In this document: positions 19,122-27,914 of the stretch, piece by piece | How positions within the stretch are numbered: position 1 is the first letter of the stretch | Layout: the number at the start of each line of letters is the position of its first letter | From: Bacteroidales bacterium | GTDB taxonomy: Bacteria; Bacteroidota; Bacteroidia; Bacteroidales; UBA12077 | Length of the DNA stretch: 31,890 nucleotides | Direction of reading: 5' to 3' | Assembly (NCBI GenBank): GCA_028282585.1 | Contig: JANQHR010000098.1 | Location: 1-31,890 of the forward strand | Translations under genes and position numbers: made by a program | The notes under the pieces: model-generated | Told to the model about the DNA's origin: nothing | The model's input: the letters and a program-made list of their open reading frames with translations, nothing else | The model's database searches: none

Positions 19122-20675
19122 ATGGCAACTTCGCAGCAAATTATTGGAACATCAATTCTCATTTTATTTTATTCCATATTGATTATTTATTTTGTTGTTC
19201 GTGGAGCACTAAAAACAAAAAGCTTAAACGATTATGCTGTTGGGAACTTTAATTTCTCTCCTGCATTTGTAGGTTTATCCTTGGCCGTTTCCATGACCAG
19301 TGCTGCTACTTTTGTAGTAAATCCAGGACTCATTTCCGTTTATGGATTTAGCGGAGTTTTATCCTTTGGGCTATTTTTCCCTTTAGCCACAATTATTTCT
19401 TTAATCGTTTTAACAAAAAGCTTCCGCAAACACGGTCAATCTTTAAAAGCAGTTACATTAGCACAATGGATTGGGAAACGGTATGAAAGTAAATATTATG
19501 CTCTTTTCATGGGCTTTTTATCGTTTTTATTGATCACATTTATTGTATTGATACTGGTTGCCCTAACGAAAGTTCTATCCAAATCATTAAACGCAAATGA
19601 AATTTGGATATTAGCTATAATCATCATTTTTGTATTTGGATACATGATGTTTGGTGGTGCAAATTCATTAGTGTATACAAATACCATTCAGGCCTTCGTA
19701 ATGTTAGTTGTTGCTTTCATCCTATTATTTTCAGGTTACGAGTATTTTAAAGATGGAATGGACGGCTTTTTTCAGAAATTAGCTGAAATTAATCCGGTTT
19801 TAACAAAATCAACCAATCCGGAAAGTGTTTTATTCCGAGACTTTTTTGAGATCATTTTTGCTCAACTTGTAGTTGGTGCGGCTGTTGTCTGCCAACCACA
19901 TATCATAACAAAATCCTTATTCCTAAAAGAAGAAAAAGATGTTAATAAATTTCTGGTTACTGCCGTTATTGCTGAAATTTTATTCTTTTCGGTTGTATTT
20001 GTAGGATTATATGCACGAATAGCATTCCCTGATTTAACAGCAAATGGTGAAGTATTAAAAACGGATGGAATTATACCTGCTTATGTTGTTAAAATATTTT
20101 CAAATGGAATATTATCTGTAATTATTGGTTTAGTTGTTATTTTAGGTTTAATAAGTGCAGGACTTTCAACCCTGGAAGGATTAATTCAATCTTTATCTAC
20201 TACGATTACCTCCGATATTATTAAACCACTTTTAGGCAATCGTATTAAACAAGAAAAATCGTTCATTCTTATTAATAAAATGGCAATTGTCTTTTTAGCC
20301 ATTATTTCATTTTTAGTTTCGGTAGATCAGCTATTAAATCCAAAATTAAGTGTCGCCATATTAGCACAAAATGGAGTATATGCTTATTTCTCGGTTGCAT
20401 TTATCCCCATTGTTTTCGGAATATTTATAAAGAATGTCAATTTAAAAGCTCCGGTTATTGCTTCAATCACTGCATTTGTAGTGCATTTTACTGTTTATTA
20501 TGGATTCCCTTATTTAGTAAATAATTTCGAAGCTGATTTTGGGCTTTTCACAAAATATTTGGAAGGCCCGGTTCGTAACCCAGCGATTGCATCAACATCT
20601 GCAATTCTAATATCGACTATTGTAGGAATTATAGCTCACCAAATGACAAAGCAAAAAATAAATCATAATGGATAA
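19122..20675 (+). CDS. Sodium:solute symporter (SSS/SLC5 family)
   Basis: Many TM helices; DYAVG, SMTSAATF..PG, YMMFGG...VYTNTIQ, QPHI, SAGLST; start adjusted to ATG 19122. Confidence 0.9.
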   Translation: MATSQQIIGTSILILFYSILIIYFVVRGALKTKSLNDYAVGNFNFSPAFVGLSLAVSMTSAATFVVNPGLISVYGFSGVLSFGLFFPLATIISLIVLTKSFRKHGQSLKAVTLAQWIGKRYESKYYALFMGFLSFLLITFIVLILVALTKVLSKSLNANEIWILAIIIIFVFGYMMFGGANSLVYTNTIQAFVMLVVAFILLFSGYEYFKDGMDGFFQKLAEINPVLTKSTNPESVLFRDFFEIIFAQLVVGAAVVCQPHIITKSLFLKEEKDVNKFLVTAVIAEILFFSVVFVGLYARIAFPDLTANGEVLKTDGIIPAYVVKIFSNGILSVIIGLVVILGLISAGLSTLEGLIQSLSTTITSDIIKPLLGNRIKQEKSFILINKMAIVFLAIISFLVSVDQLLNPKLSVAILAQNGVYAYFSVAFIPIVFGIFIKNVNLKAPVIASITAFVVHFTVYYGFPYLVNNFEADFGLFTKYLEGPVRNPAIASTSAILISTIVGIIAHQMTKQKINHNG

Positions 20676-21978
20676 TTTTAAAGAAATATATACAAGTAAG
20701 CTCACAAGCATTGAAGAAGCTGTAAAGCTTATGAAAAGTGATACAGACGTAATTGTTGCTCAGTGCGCTTCTGAACCGCAAGGTTGTATGTCTAAATTTC
20801 ACTTGGTAAAAGATCAGGTTCATAATGTCAAGGTTTTTTCTGTGTTAACACTAAAACCTTACGACTTTTACATGAAGCCCGAAATGAAAGGGCATTTCGA
20901 GTTATGTAGCTGGTTTCATGCTCCCGGATCAAGAGAGGCCATAAAAAATGGAGCAGGAACCGTTACATTTGTGCCAAACATGTTACATAGAGCTGCAACA
21001 GATCGTTTAAAAGTCAGAAAACCTCATCTATTTTTTGGAACCTGCACACCACCGGATGATAAAGGTTTTGTTTCTTTATCATTAGGTATAACCTACGAAA
21101 AAGAAATTATTGAAGCTGCGGATTTTGTCGTTTTAGAAGTAAATGATCAATTACCACGCACATTTGGAGATACTCATTTACATGTAAGTGATGTAGACTT
21201 TTTTGTTGAAAACTCCCAGGTTCCTCCTACTCTGCCTTCACCAAATCCGGATGAAGTGGCTATGCAAATCGGAAATAACATAGCTAAACTTGTTGAAGAT
21301 GGTTCAACCATACAATTAGGGATTGGGGACATTCCTAATGCAGCCGCTCTTTCTTTGAGAAATAAGAAAGATTTAGGAGTCCATACCGAAATGTTGGTTG
21401 ATTCCATGATGGAACTATACGAAATGGGTGTAATTAATAATACAAAAAAAGCCTATTACAAAGATAAGTTTGTGTGCACATTCGCCATGGGATCAGAGAA
21501 ACTATATAAATGGTTAGATAATAATCCAGCTGTGGAATTTTTGCGCGGTAAATATGTAAATGACCCTTGCGAAGTCCGTAAAAATTCCCAAATGGTATCA
21601 ATTAACACTTGCATTATGGTTGATTTTACAGGTCAGGTAGCAAGTGAATCCATTGGTATAAATCAATATTCAGGAACTGGAGGTCAAACCGATACGGCTG
21701 TTGGAGCCATAGAAGGATTTGATGGAAAAGGAAAGTCGATCATCGCCTGCCGTTCCACTGCAAAAAATGGGGAAGTTACGACCATTGTTCCTACCTTACC
21801 CGAAGGTACTGCAGTAACCTTGCACAGAAGTAATACGGATTATATTGTTACCGAGCATGGAATTGCACGTTTAACCGGATTAACTATAAAAGAAAGAACC
21901 GAAGCATTAATAAAAATTGCACATCCTGATTTTAGAGAAGAATTAAAACAAAAGGCTCAGGCCATGGGATATTTATAA
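20668..21978 (+). CDS. Acetyl-CoA hydrolase/transferase family, 4-hydroxybutyrate CoA-transferase-like
   Basis: DGSTIQLGIGDIP, LGVHTEM catalytic Glu, SGTGGQTD, YIVTEHGIA, IAHPDFRE. Confidence 0.9.
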   Translation: MDNFKEIYTSKLTSIEEAVKLMKSDTDVIVAQCASEPQGCMSKFHLVKDQVHNVKVFSVLTLKPYDFYMKPEMKGHFELCSWFHAPGSREAIKNGAGTVTFVPNMLHRAATDRLKVRKPHLFFGTCTPPDDKGFVSLSLGITYEKEIIEAADFVVLEVNDQLPRTFGDTHLHVSDVDFFVENSQVPPTLPSPNPDEVAMQIGNNIAKLVEDGSTIQLGIGDIPNAAALSLRNKKDLGVHTEMLVDSMMELYEMGVINNTKKAYYKDKFVCTFAMGSEKLYKWLDNNPAVEFLRGKYVNDPCEVRKNSQMVSINTCIMVDFTGQVASESIGINQYSGTGGQTDTAVGAIEGFDGKGKSIIACRSTAKNGEVTTIVPTLPEGTAVTLHRSNTDYIVTEHGIARLTGLTIKERTEALIKIAHPDFREELKQKAQAMGYL

Positions 21979-22020
21979 TCAAAAAAATGATCAATTAGTA
22001 AATATAAAATATTCAATGCT

Positions 22021-22054
22021 TGAAACCTGAAACCTGAAACCTGAAATCTGAAAT
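22021..22054 (+). repeat. Heptamer tandem repeat (TGAAA[C/T]C) x about 5
   Basis: TGAAACC TGAAACC TGAAACC TGAAATC TGAAAT. Confidence 0.85.
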
Positions 22055-22059
22055 AAAAT

Positions 22060-23067
22060 ATGTTACCAACAAAAATAATCGGAACAGGAGTTTATGCTCC
22101 GGGAAAACCCATAAATAATGAAGAACTTAAAAGTTTAGCTAAAATTGATTTCGATGCTGAAAAAACGGAGTTTGGCTTAGGAATAACGCAACGTCATATT
22201 GCTCACTTGCGGAAAATTGACGAAACTACAGCCGATTTTGCAACCAAAGCAGCTTTAAATGCGATTCAAGATGCAAATATCACACCCGATGATGTTAATT
22301 TATTTGCAGTTGCCACCGATACACCGGAATTTATCTCTCCGGCAACAGCCCTTATAGTTCAAGGTAGAATTCAGAAAAAGGAAAACTGGGCATCAAGCTT
22401 TGACGTTAGCGCATCATGTGCCAGTTTCACCATTGCCCTGGATAATATTGTTCGTACAATGGCCACAGATCCAAGTATAAAATATGCAGTTGTAATTGGA
22501 GTGTACAATATGCCTGCATATGTTCGCAAAGGAGATGCTTTCGGATATTCTATTTTTGCCGATGGTGCCGGCGCATTTGTATTGGAAAGAAAAGAAGGTG
22601 ATCCATCCAAATACATTAATGGCCAGCTTCTAACCGATGGAACGCAATGGGATTACGTAGGCGTATATGCTGGCGGAACCAGAAATCCGGTTACAGAAAA
22701 AGTTCTAAAAGAAGAAAAACACGGATTACTAAACATCCAACCTTTACCAAGCGATCGCAATGTTCGTTTATGGCCAATGGTAATCAAAAAATTACTGGAT
22801 AAATCTAATACAGGTATTGAGGAAATCGACCATTTTATTTTTACTCAAATTAATCGATCTGTCATTAAAAAAGTGATGGCTACTATAGATCAAGCGCTGG
22901 AAAAAACCAGTTTTGTTATGGATCGATATGGCTACACCGGATCAGGATGTGTTCCAATGGCCTTTCATCATGCAGTTAAAGAAAAGAAAATAAAGCGTGG
23001 TGATAAAATAGTATTCGTTGCTTCCGGTGCAGGATTAGCCGTAGGAAGTAACCTTTTTGTTTATTAA
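22060..23067 (+). CDS. 3-oxoacyl-ACP synthase III (FabH)-like protein, non-canonical
   Basis: KAS III fold motifs (IIGTGVYAP, FDVSASCASF, FADGAGA, GAGL); TQIN replaces HQAN and YGYT replaces xGNT. Confidence 0.85.
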   Translation: MLPTKIIGTGVYAPGKPINNEELKSLAKIDFDAEKTEFGLGITQRHIAHLRKIDETTADFATKAALNAIQDANITPDDVNLFAVATDTPEFISPATALIVQGRIQKKENWASSFDVSASCASFTIALDNIVRTMATDPSIKYAVVIGVYNMPAYVRKGDAFGYSIFADGAGAFVLERKEGDPSKYINGQLLTDGTQWDYVGVYAGGTRNPVTEKVLKEEKHGLLNIQPLPSDRNVRLWPMVIKKLLDKSNTGIEEIDHFIFTQINRSVIKKVMATIDQALEKTSFVMDRYGYTGSGCVPMAFHHAVKEKKIKRGDKIVFVASGAGLAVGSNLFVY

Positions 23068-23078
23068 AATTTCTAATC

Positions 23079-24098
23079 ATGACTGATATAAATGTAGGTA
23101 TTGTTGGAACCGGAATTTATATTCCCGAAGGCAGAATGACAGCCAAAAATATTTCTGAAGCTACACATGGTGTTTGGGTAGAAAAAGCTGTGATTGAAAA
23201 ACTGGGAATTGTTGAAAAACCCATTCCGGGAAAAAATGATGGAACACAAGAAATGGGTGTTAAAGCTGGTCTTGATGTATTGAAAAATACCGGTATTGAT
23301 CCTAAAGAAATCGATTTAATTTTATGCATTGGTGAAGAATGGAAAGAATATCCGCTAACAACTTCAGGTATATATATTCAGGAAAAAATTGGTGCAATTA
23401 ATGCATGGGCTATCGATATTCAGCAGCGTTGCGGGACCACTGTTGCAACCATGAAAATAGCCAAAGATATGATGATTTCAGATCCCGAGATCAATACAGT
23501 AATGATTGTTGGAGGCTATAGAAATGGAGACTTTATTGATTTTACAGATAACTCTGTTTCGTTTATGTTTAACCTTTCCTGTGGTGCGGGAGCTTTAATT
23601 CTAAAAAAGAATTATGGAAAGAATCTTTTATTAGGTAGTCACATTATGACTGACGGAACACTTGCACGTGATGCCGGCGTTGAGTTTGGCGGAACAGAAA
23701 AACCGATTACAAAGGAAAATGCCGATATAGCGTATAAATCTTTACGGGTATTTGATGAAAAACACATGAAAGACAGGCTAAATGAAGTTTCTCTAAAAAA
23801 CTGGTTTTATTGTATTGACAAGGCTTTTGAAAAATCCGGAATATCAAAAAAAGAATTAAGTTATTTAGCTGTTTTACATTTTAAACGTTCCATGAATGAG
23901 TTCATGCTCGAAGAACTTGGTTTAACTAAAGAGCAAAGTATATATCTAGAAAATTATGGTCATATTGGACAGATTGATCAGATATTATCTATTCATTTAG
24001 CATTATCAAAAGGTTTGGTAAAAGAAGGAACGGTAATTTCAATGATTGCTGCAGGAATTGGTTATGCCTGGGGCGCAAATGTAATTAAATGGGGATAA
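23079..24098 (+). CDS. 3-oxoacyl-ACP synthase III-like protein with Cys-His-His triad (PRK06840-like)
   Basis: VGIVGTGIYIP, IDIQQRCG, GGYRNGD, LHFKRS, YGHIGQIDQILS, AGIGYAWGA. Confidence 0.85.
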   Translation: MTDINVGIVGTGIYIPEGRMTAKNISEATHGVWVEKAVIEKLGIVEKPIPGKNDGTQEMGVKAGLDVLKNTGIDPKEIDLILCIGEEWKEYPLTTSGIYIQEKIGAINAWAIDIQQRCGTTVATMKIAKDMMISDPEINTVMIVGGYRNGDFIDFTDNSVSFMFNLSCGAGALILKKNYGKNLLLGSHIMTDGTLARDAGVEFGGTEKPITKENADIAYKSLRVFDEKHMKDRLNEVSLKNWFYCIDKAFEKSGISKKELSYLAVLHFKRSMNEFMLEELGLTKEQSIYLENYGHIGQIDQILSIHLALSKGLVKEGTVISMIAAGIGYAWGANVIKWG

Positions 24099-24271
24099 AA
24101 CAATGATAAGTCGCAAACATAATTACAATACATATATTTTTGATAATGTGTTTTTTACATAATTTATAATACAATATAACAAATTAGTCAACCTTAAATT
24201 AAAGTAAAACAACAATTAAATAGATTATCATTATAAATAACTTTAAACAAATAATAAAATTCTAAAAAGCT

Positions 24272-25117
24272 ATGAAAAATAAAAGTTTATTATGGATCGC
24301 AATTGTTCTTCTTGGAATAATTGGTTTTACCTCTTGTAGTGATGAAACAGAAAATAAAAGTCCTATTTTCGAAAGCATTGAAGTTTCTGATGATAATAAA
24401 ACCGTAACTGTTACATTTAGTGAACCTGTTTATGCTAACACAGATGGCACAGGAAATATTGAAAGTGGTGATATTAAAGTAACCATTACCGGGGTTGACT
24501 TTACATTTGATGTAACACATACAGCAGGCTCAGCTACTATGACAATAGCATTAACCATTACTTCAATTACAGAAGGAGACGAAATTGTAACTGTTGAACC
24601 AGCTAGCGCAACAAGCATTTATGATGCAGATGGAAAACCTATGGAAGCGACTGAAATATTAACTTCAGAAAGTTTAACGCAGGACCTTGGTATTATCGGC
24701 GAGTGGTATTCAGTTGGTGATAATGTTGCTACATTGTTAGTTGCTTATTTCAGTGTTGATTCAATTTATGCAGCATTTTATGATGACTATAAATATTTAG
24801 TAGAACAATTCAATATCGGGAATACAAGTTCAACTCCTGATGTAATTTATACAGGTACATTTGTAATTGAAAAATCAACTGTTGATGAAATATGGACTAT
24901 AGACTTAACTCAAGAATTACCATTTGCGGCTACCTCCGTAGGAATTTATGAGATTAAAACTTCTCCGGAAGTTTTATGGTATGAGGTTGTTCAAACTTCG
25001 GGAACTCAAAATATACCTCCTACTCCTGAAGGTGGATTTGGAAGCTCTAATGGAGGAACATTGGTTATAGATGGAGTTAACTGGAATCTACAAAAATTCA
25101 TACGAATTACAGAATAA
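24272..25117 (+). CDS. Surface lipoprotein with Ig-like N-terminal and beta-rich C-terminal domains
   Basis: Lipobox FTS-C followed by acidic SDETE; VTVTFSEPV Ig-like motif. Confidence 0.75.
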   Translation: MKNKSLLWIAIVLLGIIGFTSCSDETENKSPIFESIEVSDDNKTVTVTFSEPVYANTDGTGNIESGDIKVTITGVDFTFDVTHTAGSATMTIALTITSITEGDEIVTVEPASATSIYDADGKPMEATEILTSESLTQDLGIIGEWYSVGDNVATLLVAYFSVDSIYAAFYDDYKYLVEQFNIGNTSSTPDVIYTGTFVIEKSTVDEIWTIDLTQELPFAATSVGIYEIKTSPEVLWYEVVQTSGTQNIPPTPEGGFGSSNGGTLVIDGVNWNLQKFIRITE

Positions 25118-25146
25118 AAAAGCCTTTTTGCAGTGCATAGCACTTT

Positions 25147-25186
25147 GTAAAGTCGAATTATATCAACTAAATTCGGCTTTACTTTT
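25147..25186 (+). terminator. Intercistronic stem-loop, terminator or mRNA stabiliser
   Basis: GTAAAGTCGAATT (25147-25159) / AATTCGGCTTTAC (25170-25182) followed by TTTT. Confidence 0.55.
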
Positions 25187-25220
25187 AAAAACATAATTCA
25201 TTTTTAACTTAATACTACGC

Positions 25221-26843
25221 ATGAAAAAGTACATACTACTAACTTTAGTAGCAGTCATAATTCCTTTGAGCCATTCATTTGCTCAGGACGAAACTGAAGT
25301 TAAAAATCACCAGGAAAGTTCAAGCATAAACTATTTCGAACACGATATTCCTTATACGGCAAAAGCAAATAAAGAATTTCAGTTTCTTGCTTTTTTTATA
25401 ACGCAAGGAGTTAGTTCCAATTTTTATCCTGAGAGCAGCTTATTTAATGGTCAATTGGTTGGAAGATTATTTGGTCAAAACTCATCAACAACCTCTGATA
25501 CAGTGACTGCTTATTATATCGAACAAAGAATCTTACCATTTTTTATCTATCAACCCAAATTATTTAACGGAAGAGCTATTCTGAGAGCATCATTCGAAAT
25601 TGACTGGACCTGGGGAGATCAGGCATATGGTTTAAGTGGAAACAAAGGATCGGCTATTTCGGCAGACCAGGTTAATATACAAACCCAAAATATAGAGTTA
25701 GAATTAATTCCCTGGAAAAATTGGTATATAAACCTTGGTTTACAGAGACTATATGATACTCCTTTTAACCCTTATAGAACGTTTTTTGAAAAAATGACAA
25801 CTACTGGTTATCGCTTAGCTTATTGGGGAACAGATGCTGTTGGGGTAAGTGTTCGTTGGGATAGAGATTATTCTAAAACAAAAGCCGGGTTTTATAAACT
25901 TTACGAAAACAATGCGGAAGATCAGGATGATGTTACCTTAATGGAACTTGTTTATAGAAAGAAACTTTCTACCATGTGGAATCTTGGTGGTTCCATGTAC
26001 TATTTAATGGACAGAGGAAAAGGTCAGGGAGGAGTTTCGGTGTTTGGTCAAGGTTTAAATAGTACCCTGGTTAATTATACTGGCGGGTTTAATTTTGGTT
26101 TACCTACCAATGAATATCATGCTGATGTAGCGTGGATTGGAACTTTTTTCAGCAGAAACCCGGATTTTTGGTTAGATAGATTGCTGTTTACCGGATTTTT
26201 AAATTATAATCTCGGTACAGTAGAAACTAAGGAAAACGGAAGTTGGAATAAAGTTGCTGACATCGGAGGTATGGCTGCCAACTTGAGAGGTGCTTATCGA
26301 TATGGACAAACCTTAAATGATTATTTTTCAGTTGATCTTATCTATACTACTGGTGATGGCGATGGGCTGGATAATGATAAATACTCCGGAGTTATTACCG
26401 GAAACACTTGGGGAATGCCTGCTTCTGTATTTATAAGTAGTGGAGCTTATTTACTTTTTCCGCATGCTAATGTTGTAAATAGATTTACCCCGGTTGTTGC
26501 AGACATATCGAATATGGGTTATGGATTAACTGCAGGTACTGCTAATTTCCACAGAGATGTAATCCCTCATAAGTTAAATGCTAAATTAGGTGCGGCAATG
26601 GCATATAGCGCTGTTAAACCCCAAGATGCGGATAAATATATGGGAACAGAGTTAAATGCAGCTTTAAAATACTCATTTGGGCCATTTATGAGTCTTGAAC
26701 TACATGGTGCTTATATGTGGTTAGGTGATTTCTATGATAGTAATGACGCAAGTCATGGAACAGATATCAATGGAATCTATAATACTGAAAGACCAACCGA
26801 TCCATGGACTGTATTTTTAGTATATAAATGGTTAATGTTTTAA
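25221..26843 (+). CDS. Outer membrane beta-barrel protein, putative porin/channel
   Basis: Signal peptide ending FA-Q; Gly/aromatic-rich amphipathic strands; C-terminal VYKWLMF. Confidence 0.7.
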   Translation: MKKYILLTLVAVIIPLSHSFAQDETEVKNHQESSSINYFEHDIPYTAKANKEFQFLAFFITQGVSSNFYPESSLFNGQLVGRLFGQNSSTTSDTVTAYYIEQRILPFFIYQPKLFNGRAILRASFEIDWTWGDQAYGLSGNKGSAISADQVNIQTQNIELELIPWKNWYINLGLQRLYDTPFNPYRTFFEKMTTTGYRLAYWGTDAVGVSVRWDRDYSKTKAGFYKLYENNAEDQDDVTLMELVYRKKLSTMWNLGGSMYYLMDRGKGQGGVSVFGQGLNSTLVNYTGGFNFGLPTNEYHADVAWIGTFFSRNPDFWLDRLLFTGFLNYNLGTVETKENGSWNKVADIGGMAANLRGAYRYGQTLNDYFSVDLIYTTGDGDGLDNDKYSGVITGNTWGMPASVFISSGAYLLFPHANVVNRFTPVVADISNMGYGLTAGTANFHRDVIPHKLNAKLGAAMAYSAVKPQDADKYMGTELNAALKYSFGPFMSLELHGAYMWLGDFYDSNDASHGTDINGIYNTERPTDPWTVFLVYKWLMF

Positions 26844-26853
26844 ATTTTACAAG

Positions 26854-27807
26854 ATGAAAAAGATGAAAAACTACACAATTATATTAGTCGTATTTTCAAC
26901 GTTAATCATTGGTTGTTCTCCTTATAAAAATGTTCCAAACATAAAATCAATGAGTGAACTCAACTATGGCTATGAAGTGAAATATGCGGAGCTATCAAAT
27001 GATATAAAACTTGCATATGTTGATGAAGGTAACGGATCTGAAACAATTATTTTCATTCACGGTTTAGGAAGTTATATCCCGGCATGGAAAAAGAATATTG
27101 ATGAATTGAGTAAAAATTACAGATGCATTGCTATTGATCTTCCTGGCTATGGTAAATCATCTAAAAATCCTCATAGCGGTTTAATGAGTTTTTATGCCAA
27201 AACGGTTGCTGAATTCATAGATAAATTGGAATTAAGCAAAGTAACTTTAGCCGGACATTCAATGGGTGGTCAAATTTCAATTGTAACTGCTTTGCATTTT
27301 CCAGATAAAGTTGAAAAATTAATACTTGTAGATCCGGCTGGTTTTGAATTATTCCATCCCGGACAACGCCTTTGGTTTAAGGATGTTATGACTCCTAATT
27401 TGGTTCGATTAACCTCTGTTGAAGCCATTGAAACGAATTTAGCTTCTAATTTTTATAATATGCCAAAGGATGCCATGTTTATGATAGAAGATCGCATTGC
27501 CATGAGAACTGCAGACGACTTCGAAAATTATTGCTATACAGTAAGCCAGTCTGTGGCTGGAATGGTTGATGAACCTGTTTTTGATAAATTAAAACACATA
27601 AAACAACCAACACTAATCTTTTTTGGAGAAAATGATAACTTAATTCCTAACCGTTATTTAAATCCCGGTAAAACAGAACCTATTGCAAGAGCAGGAGCAA
27701 ATGAGATTAAGAATAGTCAATTGGTTATGGTTCCAAAATGTGGTCATTTTATGATGTTCGAAAAACCTGAAATTTTTAATACTGAAGTTTCAAACTTTCT
27801 TAAATAA
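26854..27807 (+). CDS. Lipoprotein alpha/beta hydrolase (esterase/depolymerase-like)
   Basis: Lipobox IIG-C; FIHGLG oxyanion, DLPGYGKS, GHSMGG, GENDNLIP, CGHF. Confidence 0.9.
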   Translation: MKKMKNYTIILVVFSTLIIGCSPYKNVPNIKSMSELNYGYEVKYAELSNDIKLAYVDEGNGSETIIFIHGLGSYIPAWKKNIDELSKNYRCIAIDLPGYGKSSKNPHSGLMSFYAKTVAEFIDKLELSKVTLAGHSMGGQISIVTALHFPDKVEKLILVDPAGFELFHPGQRLWFKDVMTPNLVRLTSVEAIETNLASNFYNMPKDAMFMIEDRIAMRTADDFENYCYTVSQSVAGMVDEPVFDKLKHIKQPTLIFFGENDNLIPNRYLNPGKTEPIARAGANEIKNSQLVMVPKCGHFMMFEKPEIFNTEVSNFLK

Positions 27808-27826
27808 TTAATAGAACAAGAAAACA

Positions 27827-27863
27827 AAAGAGGTAATAAAAATTTATTACCTCTTTCTTTTTT
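27827..27863 (+). terminator. Intrinsic terminator closing the thiolase-hydrolase locus
   Basis: AAAGAGGTAATAAA / TTTATTACCTCTTT perfect inverted repeat followed by a T run. Confidence 0.8.
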
Positions 27864-27914
27864 ATTCTTTATTAAAATTTCAGTACTTTTCCTTAATCAA
27901 AAGCTTAGTATTTG

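Noticed and set aside
22060-24098. Housekeeping fabH, or darAB / oleA-type biosynthetic cluster
   Set aside because: The Cys-His-Asn triad is not intact in either gene, and no ACP, fabD, plsX, darA or oleCD partner is adjacent
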